A DNA stretch of 64,000 nucleotides, taken from positions 7,025-71,024 of the IMG/VR virus record IMGVR_UViG_3300033388_005371; one strand, 5' to 3'. Source of the stretch: a virus. This document shows positions 29,839 to 39,388 of this stretch, one piece after another (positions within the stretch are counted from its first letter, which is position 1; each line of letters opens with the position of its first letter). The notes under the pieces were generated by a model, which was not told the origin of the DNA, ran no database searches, and saw nothing but the letters and a program-made list of their open reading frames with translations. Made by a program: the position numbers and the translations under genes.

Positions 29839-31644
29839 TTATCTCATTCCACTAAATAACCACATGTAATCACCATTTGGGTCCTGCATATTTTTCTTAA
29901 CAGAATCAGAAAACTTAGGTTTTGGTGTTGATACCTTGTTTCTTTGCTTTTTAGAAACAAAATTATTTCCTTGATATTTTTCTTTACCATCCGAATCACC
30001 AACCATAACCCAGCCAGACAACATAGCTTTAGTTTGTTTATTTGCTTTTTCTAATTTTTTAAATGAATGTTCTAACACCCATAACGACATAGCCAATGCC
30101 ATAAGTAAATCATCATGTTTACCCTCCTGATGGTCTGGCCTACCATTTTTATATATAAAAGTTTTCATCTCAGAAGTCATTCTTCTAGACCTAACTTTAA
30201 TTTGGTCAGTTCTAATCATATACTCCAAGTTTTGAATCATAGGAAGTCTAACACCATTAGCATTAAAGCCTGGTACATCATTACCCCCACTTGAATATTT
30301 TTCTAAATCTTTTTTCCTAGCCAACACCTTACTTCTATCATCATAATGTAAATTAGTGTAACCAATTTCAAGTAACTTAAGGACAGTTGTGACTCCCATA
30401 CCACCCGCAATATCAACTACAGCCATAGCATTGTAAATCTCACCATATTCTTCAACAACCTGAGCTAATAAATCTGGCGGTGTTTTACCCTTATATTCCA
30501 TAACTTGCTCCATAGTAGTAAAGTCTAAAACAACTATAGTAGATGAATCAGCACCATCACCTCTAGCCACATCTACCCCCATAATATATTTATGGCCTTC
30601 TATGGGTTGTTCCCATATCCAAATCTCACCATCATTACCAGCAATCCATTTAGGGTCCCTAACATTATATTTTTCTTGGTGCATAATATGTTCATCAGCA
30701 ATAACATTACCACCAGAACCTAAAAATGACACATCAAGCTCTTGTGCAATCATACGGGCATCATTATTCATACCTTTACACATTTCTTCATACCAGAATG
30801 ATTTTGGTTTCCAACCATCCGAAACTCTTTTAGCATACGATTCTTTGTTGAAGATAATTTCACGCTCCATAACCTCTTCTACCTCACCAGACTCATTTTC
30901 AATATCTTTATACCATCTAAGGTCTTTGTTATATCTAGGGTCTTCATACCAGTACATCTCAATAATATTAAAGTTATTATCCTTAGTTTTAGCTTGTTCA
31001 TATGTTTCATAATACAAAGCATCTTGACCATTTGGTGTGGAAATGAGTGTTGCCCTACCACCAGTACCAAGTGCCGTTAAAGCAGCACCAAAAACAATTG
31101 CACCATTATCAATAAAGGCAGCCTCATCCATCACTAAATGAGTAGGTGTATAACCCCTTAACGCATCTTTAGATGTTGCAACAGCTTTTACCCTAGAATT
31201 ATTTGGTAATTTAAGTTCTTTCTTAGACTCAGTAAGAAAAATATTTTTAGCTTCTTTTTCTGGTGAACCATAATAATCTGAACCCCATACCCACCTTGGT
31301 AATTGTAATAAAAAATCTTTAACTTTAGCTAAAAATTCCTGAGCCATATCTTGCTTATTCGCTAGAATCAACATTGCCTCTGGGTTATCTTTATCAGCTA
31401 AACCAACTTGGACAGCTAAATAAGCAGCAGTGGTGGTAGACACCCCAGCTTGTCTAGGTTTAACCGCAATGTTAAATCTATGTTCTTTATAAGCAGAAAT
31501 AATTTCTTTTTGTTTTGGGAATAATTTAAACGGAACGAACCCCTCCTGAGTCTTATCAAATGTTTCTAAATAGGATTCAATAGCGTATATTGGGTCCATT
31601 AAACAATGTGCGTACTCCTTCATTATTTCTTGTGCTGTTAACAT
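29839..31644 (-). CDS. Terminase large subunit, T4 gp17-like
   Basis: KPRQAGVST, LVMDEAAFI Walker B, ISTPNG, QELD, YIMGVDVARG, HDDLLMA. Confidence 0.93.
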   Translation of the reverse strand: MLTAQEIMKEYAHCLMDPIYAIESYLETFDKTQEGFVPFKLFPKQKEIISAYKEHRFNIAVKPRQAGVSTTTAAYLAVQVGLADKDNPEAMLILANKQDMAQEFLAKVKDFLLQLPRWVWGSDYYGSPEKEAKNIFLTESKKELKLPNNSRVKAVATSKDALRGYTPTHLVMDEAAFIDNGAIVFGAALTALGTGGRATLISTPNGQDALYYETYEQAKTKDNNFNIIEMYWYEDPRYNKDLRWYKDIENESGEVEEVMEREIIFNKESYAKRVSDGWKPKSFWYEEMCKGMNNDARMIAQELDVSFLGSGGNVIADEHIMHQEKYNVRDPKWIAGNDGEIWIWEQPIEGHKYIMGVDVARGDGADSSTIVVLDFTTMEQVMEYKGKTPPDLLAQVVEEYGEIYNAMAVVDIAGGMGVTTVLKLLEIGYTNLHYDDRSKVLARKKDLEKYSSGGNDVPGFNANGVRLPMIQNLEYMIRTDQIKVRSRRMTSEMKTFIYKNGRPDHQEGKHDDLLMALAMSLWVLEHSFKKLEKANKQTKAMLSGWVMVGDSDGKEKYQGNNFVSKKQRNKVSTPKPKFSDSVKKNMQDPNGDYMWLFSGMR

Positions 31645-31735
31645 ATCTTTTTATAATAAATATGTTGAACCCCCTAAAAACAAAAAAACCCCATGAATGG
31701 AGTTTTTTTTTTGTTGTGTAATATATTTTTATTTG

Positions 31736-32959
31736 TTACAAATTAGACAAATCAATATCGTCTAATTCATCAAAACCAAAAGAATCATCATCATTGTTCA
31801 TTTCTTTTATTGAAGCTTCATAATCATCCCTTTTAATATCCTCATCAATATTAGATACAATCTCTTTAATTTTATCTTTACCTTCTTTAGACCCCAACAT
31901 AATTTCCCTCATTGTGTGGTTAAATTCTTCAGTTGGTAGTGAAACTAAATCAACATATATGTGGTGTTTTTTATCAAAATCTTTAGAATCAATACAATCA
32001 GTAAATCTTTCCCATATTGGCGCACCCAACCTCATATCCCAAGGTTCAGCATTAATATAGTCAGCCTTACCTAAAACATACTCAGTTAACTTTTGGTCTT
32101 CTGGTAACCCATGCATAGATAAAATTTCCATAACTCCTTTAACTAATTCGTGAATTAACACTGGAAATACAACTGCTTGTGCGTGTATTATTGGTTTACC
32201 ATCAACGAATTCAACCTTAACAACCCCACCAGCTTCCCTTTGCATAGTATCATCCATGGTCAAATAACCATAATCAGCCGCCGCCATCATTTTAGCGTAT
32301 TTATTTGGTAATGTTGGATTAATACCTAATAATTCTTTATCAGCTAAATGAAACATGTGGTGACCTTTCTTGGCAGCACCTTGAGACATAGCATTAATAA
32401 ATCTTCTTTTATATACCTCACCATTTGCTGAAGTAACACTATCATGATTATCAAATTCCATACTTTCAATTCTAACTGGTGAAGGGTTTTTCCTAATACC
32501 TTCAATATCAATGTCTCTTTTAAGTTCTGCAATAATTTCAACATCATCTTCACCCATATCATATTCTTTTCTAACCATATTAATTGCTAACTCTTGTAAT
32601 ACTTCTTTACTAGAATCCTCCAACTTCATACAATCACTAATTAATGGCATCATGTTTTTAACCGCATCCATTGGGTCAGCAGTTTCAGAATCAAATTGTC
32701 TCTTATAGTTTTTTAGTACATCACCAAATCTTTTGGATATAATCTTTTCTTCAAAGTGTGACTCATCACTATCTGGAAATATTGGGTGTACACCAAGTGT
32801 GTGACTCCTATCTCTCAATTGTTTAGCTAAGTTAGGATGTACCCTTTCTGAATGTCCTTCCTCATATACAATTCTACTTTCATTAACTAACTTTGTTGGT
32901 TTACCTTTAAGCATTTCTCTCTCTAATGCTTTTTTAATTATATCTTCTAACCTACCCAT
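31736..32959 (-). CDS. Hypothetical head-associated protein
   Basis: 407 aa; FPVLIHELVKG is HE-like but not a full HExxH. Confidence 0.6.
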   Translation of the reverse strand: MGRLEDIIKKALEREMLKGKPTKLVNESRIVYEEGHSERVHPNLAKQLRDRSHTLGVHPIFPDSDESHFEEKIISKRFGDVLKNYKRQFDSETADPMDAVKNMMPLISDCMKLEDSSKEVLQELAINMVRKEYDMGEDDVEIIAELKRDIDIEGIRKNPSPVRIESMEFDNHDSVTSANGEVYKRRFINAMSQGAAKKGHHMFHLADKELLGINPTLPNKYAKMMAAADYGYLTMDDTMQREAGGVVKVEFVDGKPIIHAQAVVFPVLIHELVKGVMEILSMHGLPEDQKLTEYVLGKADYINAEPWDMRLGAPIWERFTDCIDSKDFDKKHHIYVDLVSLPTEEFNHTMREIMLGSKEGKDKIKEIVSNIDEDIKRDDYEASIKEMNNDDDSFGFDELDDIDLSNL

Positions 32960-33525
32960 TATTTTTTATTTTTTAATATATGTTCCACCATCGCTGATTT
33001 TGTCATTCTTGGTCTAGTATTTTCTAATTTAACCCCTTCCCCATTTGATTGTTTACCTAACTCTTTTAACGAAGATAAGACTGATGTTAATTTAACCCTA
33101 GGAACACCAATTCTTTCCGCAAACGCAGCGATTAACTCAGCCTTTTCAACTGGTTTATCTATTTTTTTAATTACAGCTTCAAATTGCCCTAGATTTAATT
33201 TATCCATAAATCTTTGCACATCAGCCTGTAATTTAGGGACATCAGTTGTTTCCGTTTCACCAATATTCTTTCTACCCATTGGTAACTTACCCTTTTTAGG
33301 TTTTTCAGCTGGAATGTCTTTTCTACCCATTGGTAACTTACCCTTTTTAGGTTTTTCAGCTGGAATGTCTTTTCTACCCATTGGTAAAGTTTCATCAACA
33401 ATCTTAACGATTGTATCATCATCTAAATCATCTTCCATTTCCTTATATTTATCGGAACTCATGACAACATTTTTTTGGTTACTCATTTCTACTAATGCTC
33501 TCCCTATCTTCTTTTTTTGGTCCAT
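32959..33525 (-). CDS. Hypothetical protein with an internal 17-aa tandem repeat
   Basis: LPMGRKDIPAEKPKKGK x2.3. Confidence 0.6.
   Translation of the reverse strand: MDQKKKIGRALVEMSNQKNVVMSSDKYKEMEDDLDDDTIVKIVDETLPMGRKDIPAEKPKKGKLPMGRKDIPAEKPKKGKLPMGRKNIGETETTDVPKLQADVQRFMDKLNLGQFEAVIKKIDKPVEKAELIAAFAERIGVPRVKLTSVLSSLKELGKQSNGEGVKLENTRPRMTKSAMVEHILKNKK
33269..33387 (-). repeat. 51-bp perfect tandem repeat, about 2.3 copies
   Basis: Units start at 33269, 33320 and 33371 (partial). Confidence 0.9.
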
Positions 33526-33928
33526 TACTTTTTACTTTATATTCTAATACGAAATCTTTTTCGTATAATGAGTCCTCAACGGACTTTATTGTTTGTCCGA
33601 ACATAAAACTAAGTCTACGTTCTGGATACACCTCATAATCAGTTATATTCTCCCAAGCTAAAGCGATTATACCATCGATAGAATCCCAAACAGCAAAAGT
33701 ATCACTATTTTGAACTGTATCTAACTTAAAATCTGGTGTTAAAACACCCACAGCTTTAATTAAATCTTTCCTTGGTGGACTTGGCTGACCAGAAGCAGGA
33801 TATAAGTCCCAATCCTCACCATCAACATCTTTTGTCGTGTCTGAAAAGATAAACTCATAATTAGTTTCACCCTTCCAATCACTACCTAAAACATTCACAT
33901 ATATTAAAAACAAACCTTCTTTATCCAT
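33479..33928 (-). CDS. Hypothetical protein
   Basis: 149-aa ORF in the late operon. Confidence 0.6.
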   Translation of the reverse strand: MDKEGLFLIYVNVLGSDWKGETNYEFIFSDTTKDVDGEDWDLYPASGQPSPPRKDLIKAVGVLTPDFKLDTVQNSDTFAVWDSIDGIIALAWENITDYEVYPERRLSFMFGQTIKSVEDSLYEKDFVLEYKVKSNGPKKEDRESISRNE

Positions 33929-33929
33929 A

Positions 33930-36134
33930 TTAATTTATTTCTTCAATATAATCACTACTAATATCACTTAATTCTAAGTTAGTGTCTGGATTACCATAAA
34001 ACTCAACACCCAGAACATAAGTTTTACCATCTGGTGAATCAATTGATTCATAATTATAAACCCAAGGTTCATCATAAGCCAATGGTTTATCAATATATTC
34101 ACCAGTGTTTTCGAATTTTAAATCAATCTCACTATCACCTAAATTAACCTTTACAATAGCTATGTTTTTATCTAAAAATTTAGTGTTAATTATTTTACCG
34201 TTAATGTCATTTACCTCAGACAAAACACCATTATCGGTATTAGCTTTTGGCTCAACTTTTGGTTGTATGGTTGGCCTGAAAGGTTTTTGTCTTCTAGTTG
34301 GTTTAACATCTGGAGCAGTTTTTGGTTTAACTTTTGGTTTAACCTCAGTTGCCTCAATTAACTTCTTCATAATATCCTTTTTACTTACAAAGTTATACAT
34401 TTTTTTACCATTTTCCAAATCCTCACCTAAAATATTTGAAACAGACCTTGATGACCACATTTTACATGACCAATAACCTGCACTGGTTTTATCTTTCTTT
34501 TGGTCACATTTATGTCTAGCTCTAAACGATTTTCTCCTTTCTGGGTCGTCTCTTTTAATTTCCATATTTTTATCACCGAAATTAACTTTAACCACATTAC
34601 CTTTATCATTTTTAACATAAACCTTATATTTTTTAACATCACCTCTACTTGGTTTATTAAGTTTAACTTTTTTACCTTTATATTCGGCTTCACTGATGTA
34701 CTCACCTTCAGATAGTGCATTAATAAATGATTCTTCTATAGATTCACTTTTCTTACCCCAACTCTTACCTTTACCTTTAGATTTACACGCTGATGGTGTT
34801 GGTCTACATGCTGGATACTTAGCTCTTTTCTCACCATCCTTTCTACCACATGGTTTACATTTATTTTTACCATCAACTTCCCTACAAGTGTTACAATCAA
34901 CCCAACCACTAGAACTACCTTCACCACCTTGTCTACTAAACCATTTATGTAAACCTTCTTTTTCCTCAGTAGTTAATGATTCTTCATATTCAGTGTTTTC
35001 TATAATAGAATTAGATTCAACACTTTCATTCTTCCAAATCTTACCTTTCCTACATTTTACGACAGCACCAGATGCATAAGCTGACGGCCACGTATCATAT
35101 TTTCTTTTTGCTATCCTAGTACACCTATCATCTTTTTTTTCATCAGATTTTTTTTCATTAACCGTTTGACTAGACCAAAGCTTAATTTCACCATTTTCTG
35201 TGGTTAAAAAATCAGCGACTTCTTCCGCATCATCAGCAGATGTGGATATATGGTCATCAGCCCAACCCATACCCTTTAATTTATTAACCCTATCGGATTT
35301 ATCCATAGATAATATTTTTTCAGCATCAGTCTTCATGTTTTTTAGGTTTTTAACCATAGTAGTATCGTCTTCACCAATATTGGTATTTAAACTATTGTGG
35401 TTACCAAACCTAGAACTTTCCTCCATTTCATCACCTTCACCATCAGTATTAGTGTCAACATTGACATCACCACCTTTGCCGTCAGTATCAACATCAACAT
35501 TAACATCAATATTTTCACTATTTTTTCCAGATGATTTAACTTTTTTAATAATATCTGATTGGTCATCGCTATCCATTTGACCAGTATGTGTTGCCGACAA
35601 CACAGAGTTAACCACAAACTTCTCTAAATCAAAATCTGGTTGACCCTCTTGGTCACTGTACGACCTAAGTGATTGACCTATTTTACCTGCTAATTGTTGA
35701 ATATATTTATCTGGCTCAGTCTCTTCATCAGCTTCCACACCAGCTTCAAATGGTTCATCATTAAATGGTTTATCACTTGGTTTATTACCACCATTATCAC
35801 CAAACTCATCACCACCTAAGTCATCACCGAACTCATCACCGAACTCATCACCACCTAAATCTTCTAAACCATCCAAGGAATCACCAACTGAAGGTTCCGA
35901 ATTTGGAACCTTCAATTTGAATTTTGTTTCTTTTATATCATCTAAGTTATAACCATCTTCTTCGTCCGCAAATAAACCAGTAGACATATTGTCAGAATGG
36001 GTTTCATTTACAACTAACTTATAATCATTAAAAGATGGGTTGTTTTTGTAAGAATTAACGTCAGACATCAACGCTTCAAGAGAATTGAATTTTTTTGGTT
36101 TACTAAAATAAGGTTTATCGTTTTGATAAACCAT
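33930..36134 (-). CDS. Modular putative internal head protein; probable -1 frameshift extension of 36179..36949
   Basis: Acidic linkers separate Cys/basic modules (WPSAYASG; WVDCNTC...YPACRP; FGD...RRKSFRARHKC...AGYWSC); the frame stays open upstream to the A10 run. Confidence 0.65.
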   Translation of the reverse strand: MVYQNDKPYFSKPKKFNSLEALMSDVNSYKNNPSFNDYKLVVNETHSDNMSTGLFADEEDGYNLDDIKETKFKLKVPNSEPSVGDSLDGLEDLGGDEFGDEFGDDLGGDEFGDNGGNKPSDKPFNDEPFEAGVEADEETEPDKYIQQLAGKIGQSLRSYSDQEGQPDFDLEKFVVNSVLSATHTGQMDSDDQSDIIKKVKSSGKNSENIDVNVDVDTDGKGGDVNVDTNTDGEGDEMEESSRFGNHNSLNTNIGEDDTTMVKNLKNMKTDAEKILSMDKSDRVNKLKGMGWADDHISTSADDAEEVADFLTTENGEIKLWSSQTVNEKKSDEKKDDRCTRIAKRKYDTWPSAYASGAVVKCRKGKIWKNESVESNSIIENTEYEESLTTEEKEGLHKWFSRQGGEGSSSGWVDCNTCREVDGKNKCKPCGRKDGEKRAKYPACRPTPSACKSKGKGKSWGKKSESIEESFINALSEGEYISEAEYKGKKVKLNKPSRGDVKKYKVYVKNDKGNVVKVNFGDKNMEIKRDDPERRKSFRARHKCDQKKDKTSAGYWSCKMWSSRSVSNILGEDLENGKKMYNFVSKKDIMKKLIEATEVKPKVKPKTAPDVKPTRRQKPFRPTIQPKVEPKANTDNGVLSEVNDINGKIINTKFLDKNIAIVKVNLGDSEIDLKFENTGEYIDKPLAYDEPWVYNYESIDSPDGKTYVLGVEFYGNPDTNLELSDISSDYIEEIN

Positions 36135-36178
36135 TTTACTTAAATCACTTTTACTCCAAACAACCTTAATACTTTCAT

Positions 36179-36949
36179 TTAGACTTTTTTTTTTAAAGCC
36201 TCTTGTAGTGCTTTAATTTCTGTTTCAGACATACCATTAACCATATTTAGTAACTTGTCTTCACTTTCTTCAATCGATAAAGCTTTACCAATCTTAAGTC
36301 TATTATTCACTAAATAACCATGTGACTCTTTAATATTTTCTTCACCAGTAATCATTTTATCGATAGCTGATTCATCTTCAGATAATTCAACATCCTCACC
36401 CATAATTTCAGTATCATGACCTTGCTCCCCAGCTTTGTGTTTACCTTGATTAGTTAAACTATCAACAGGGTCTTTATCAAAATCACCATCTAAATTATCA
36501 CCAGACGTAACTTTATCAATATCGTAGTTGGTCCCTTCCATTTCACCAACGAAACCAATACCACCAGCACTAGATTCCATTAAATTATCATTTTCAAACA
36601 CATTAACTTTATCTCCACCGAATGATTCATTTATACTTAAGAATTTAAGGTTAAGTTGTTTTATTGCCTTTGCATATGTTGGATACGCTTCACTTTTTTT
36701 ATTTTTAAGACCACCAATATAGTTAAAATCTTCACTTATCAAACCACTATTTTTTTCAGATGTCTTAATATAATATTCATGATTTTCTCTAACAATACCA
36801 TATACAACACCGTTAGGTGCAATCTTAGTAAGTTCCACAACTGAGTTACTTGTTGATTCATTAATAGTACCACCCATTAACTCTCTCATACGGTCTAATA
36901 CTTGATTACCCTTAAGACCTTTAGGGTTGATTCTGTTATTTGTTTTCAT
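36179..36949 (-). CDS. Putative internal head protein (N-terminal part of the frameshift fusion)
   Basis: 256 aa, ends GCT TTA AAA AAA AAA GTC TAA; late motif at 36966. Confidence 0.65.
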   Translation of the reverse strand: MKTNNRINPKGLKGNQVLDRMRELMGGTINESTSNSVVELTKIAPNGVVYGIVRENHEYYIKTSEKNSGLISEDFNYIGGLKNKKSEAYPTYAKAIKQLNLKFLSINESFGGDKVNVFENDNLMESSAGGIGFVGEMEGTNYDIDKVTSGDNLDGDFDKDPVDSLTNQGKHKAGEQGHDTEIMGEDVELSEDESAIDKMITGEENIKESHGYLVNNRLKIGKALSIEESEDKLLNMVNGMSETEIKALQEALKKKV

Positions 36950-36985
36950 ATTAAATCGATTTTATAATAAATATACGTTTATTCT

Positions 36986-37222
36986 TTAAAGTATTATATC
37001 TACCTTAAGTGTGTTAATTGGTGAACCAACAAGAAAAATTCCGTTTGTTGGTGAAATTTCACCAACCCTAATATCTAGTGTTGAACCAGCCGTCATAGTA
37101 ACTGTAGTACCATTAATGGTAGGTGAAGCATCCGAACCTGCGTAAACTTGTGTGTACGTAAATTCTGTTAAATCAGCATCAGCTGCTGCATGTATTACTG
37201 AATTATCTTTAAAAAGTGCCAT
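36986..37222 (-). CDS. Small beta-rich protein, possibly structural
   Basis: 78 aa, late motif at 37240. Confidence 0.55.
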   Translation of the reverse strand: MALFKDNSVIHAAADADLTEFTYTQVYAGSDASPTINGTTVTMTAGSTLDIRVGEISPTNGIFLVGSPINTLKVDIIL

Positions 37223-37289
37223 AGTTACGTTTATTTATTTATAAATATATAGGAAGAAAAAAAAAGTACCCACTCGGATACTTTAAATT

Positions 37290-37475
37290 TTAATAACATT
37301 TTACACAACCAATGATGGGATTAAACATTCTCATATCGGAATACCATTTATCTAGTTTGTACTTACGTAACCTATTAAACCTAATATATACCGAAAATCC
37401 ATAAACACTATCATTTTCAATTAGCGCATAAATTCTTTTTTTAACTGACTTACTCATACACTTATTTAATTTCAT
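37290..37475 (-). CDS. Small hypothetical protein
   Basis: 61-aa ORF downstream of thyA. Confidence 0.35.
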   Translation of the reverse strand: MKLNKCMSKSVKKRIYALIENDSVYGFSVYIRFNRLRKYKLDKWYSDMRMFNPIIGCVKCY

Positions 37476-37509
37476 TTTTTTTCATTGTTTAATTTAATAA
37501 ATACATATA

Positions 37510-38619
37510 TTAATTAGAAAGTGGGGCTTTAATTTCTGGATGTGATTGATAATTTAAAATCTTAACATTCTCATAACAATAGTCGAAGATACTATCAGCC
37601 CTCCCCAACTTCAACTGAGGTAGTGGTTTAGCACTCCTAGATAACAACTCTTCCACTTGTTCCATGTGGTTATTATACAAGTGTACATCACCTAATGACC
37701 CAATCAATTCATTAGGTACCATATTAACTTGCTGTGCAATCATATGTAGTAATAACGCATAACTCGTAATATTAAATGGTAACCCTAAGAACGTATCAAC
37801 AGACCTTTGGTTCCACATTAGTGATACCTTGTACTTTGGTATATCAGCTCTCTCGTAATCCGATTCGTAATGGTCTTCCATAACAAATGTACCTTCCCTC
37901 ATCATTGCTCTATCAATACTAATCGCCCAGTTATTATCCGCACAATGTTGTACGTACAAGTTCTCACGCTCTTCGTTTGTTAGTTCTACCGTATTCAATT
38001 GGAATCCGTAGTGGCATGGTGGTAACGTCATTTTATCTAAATCACCCACATTCCATGCATTAACCATAATTCTCCTTGAGTTAGGGTTATCCTTAAGGGT
38101 ATCAATTGCCTTTTGAATTTGATTGTGACCTTTATTAAGCCCTTCAATCTCATCACCAGATACAATCTTATATCCACCCCAATCAACCCATTGTTTACCA
38201 TATACAGGACCCAATTCACCCCACTTCTTAGCGAACTCACCATCAATTTTAATTTTGTTGATGAATTCTTCTTTTGTTAATAAATTATCATGTTGAAGTA
38301 CATCATGTGATTCAACTGGTGGTAGATTAGTAATATATTTCTTATAAGCATCTCCAACCCAAATCATATTCCCTTGCTGAACTAATGGTTTAATATTAGT
38401 ATCACCATTTAAGAACCATAATAATTCTGTAGTAATACCCTTCATAAACATTTTTTTTGTTGTTAACATTGGGAAACCATCACCCATATTAAACCTAATC
38501 ACCCTACCAAAGACAGAAACTGTACCCGTCCCAGTACGGTCTTCTTTTTTAACCCCATTAGTTATTATATCTTTAAGTAAGTCTTGATAAACTTTATCAA
38601 CCTTATCCATTTTTTTCAT
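37510..38619 (-). CDS. thyA: Thymidylate synthase
   Basis: DRTGTGT, ELLWFL, LGPVYGKQW, SRR, LPPCH, QRSVDTFLGLPFNI, GDVHLYNNH. Confidence 0.96.
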   Translation of the reverse strand: MKKMDKVDKVYQDLLKDIITNGVKKEDRTGTGTVSVFGRVIRFNMGDGFPMLTTKKMFMKGITTELLWFLNGDTNIKPLVQQGNMIWVGDAYKKYITNLPPVESHDVLQHDNLLTKEEFINKIKIDGEFAKKWGELGPVYGKQWVDWGGYKIVSGDEIEGLNKGHNQIQKAIDTLKDNPNSRRIMVNAWNVGDLDKMTLPPCHYGFQLNTVELTNEERENLYVQHCADNNWAISIDRAMMREGTFVMEDHYESDYERADIPKYKVSLMWNQRSVDTFLGLPFNITSYALLLHMIAQQVNMVPNELIGSLGDVHLYNNHMEQVEELLSRSAKPLPQLKLGRADSIFDYCYENVKILNYQSHPEIKAPLSN

Positions 38620-39034
38620 TATTTAATTTAGAGATTAAGAACTGAACTCTAGTTAACATTGAGTCATCTATAGTTTCGTTTTTACTATAACCTTTTATTG
38701 TCGTATCCATCGCTTTAATCAAGTCACCTTCTATCGCTTTAATTTCAGCAACTTGGTGTTTCTCAACTTCAGCAATGATTTTTGCTGGGTCAATATCTTC
38801 ACCTTTAGTAACTGGGTGTTTTTTAATGTACGTATTTAAAATTTTCCCTTGGGACTCAGCAATTTCGAATCTTGTATAATCCGTAGCTGGAACACCTGTG
38901 TACATATAATTAGTACCTTTATTAAATGTGATTGTCAACGTTTCGTTCACTTTATCATACTTTGACGCAAGTATGTTTGATGATTTGTAAATTGCTTTTA
39001 CAATCCCTTCTTTTTCTACTTTTTTTAAAATCAT
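38603..39034 (-). CDS. KTSC-domain protein
   Basis: SSNILASKYD...LTITFNKG..YMYTGVP...F..AESQGK..N..IK. Confidence 0.8.
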   Translation of the reverse strand: MILKKVEKEGIVKAIYKSSNILASKYDKVNETLTITFNKGTNYMYTGVPATDYTRFEIAESQGKILNTYIKKHPVTKGEDIDPAKIIAEVEKHQVAEIKAIEGDLIKAMDTTIKGYSKNETIDDSMLTRVQFLISKLNNEKNG

Positions 39035-39050
39035 TGTTCTATTTATTTAT

Positions 39051-39272
39051 TTATTTTTTATTAAAAGTCTGGTAAGACTTCATATCTGATAGTTCAAATA
39101 CTGAACCTTCTGTTTTAACCATATTAGTTACACTATCGTGACTTTCACTAACTATAATAATTTTATCAGCAGTTACAACCATACCAACATTTTCAAATTC
39201 TGTTGTTTTTTCCATAATAGTATCACTCTTCCAAGTTAAAATAATTTTTGCGTATTTTGGGGCACTTTGCAT
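39051..39272 (-). CDS. Hypothetical protein
   Basis: 73-aa ORF below a TACCTTTG promoter element (39309-39316, minus). Confidence 0.55.
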   Translation of the reverse strand: MQSAPKYAKIILTWKSDTIMEKTTEFENVGMVVTADKIIIVSESHDSVTNMVKTEGSVFELSDMKSYQTFNKK

Positions 39273-39388
39273 TTTATATAATTTAAAATTTTGGTTATTT
39301 ATTTAATGCAAAGGTACAAAACTTTTTTTGAAAAACAAGATTGATTTTTAAAAAAAAACACATATCTTTGTACTAAATAATAAATAAT

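Noticed and set aside
37510-38619. Possible intron or intein in thyA, or in terminase, portal or ClpC
   Set aside because: The frames are continuous, the insertions are short, and there are no intein termini (C...HN) or homing-endonuclease motifs
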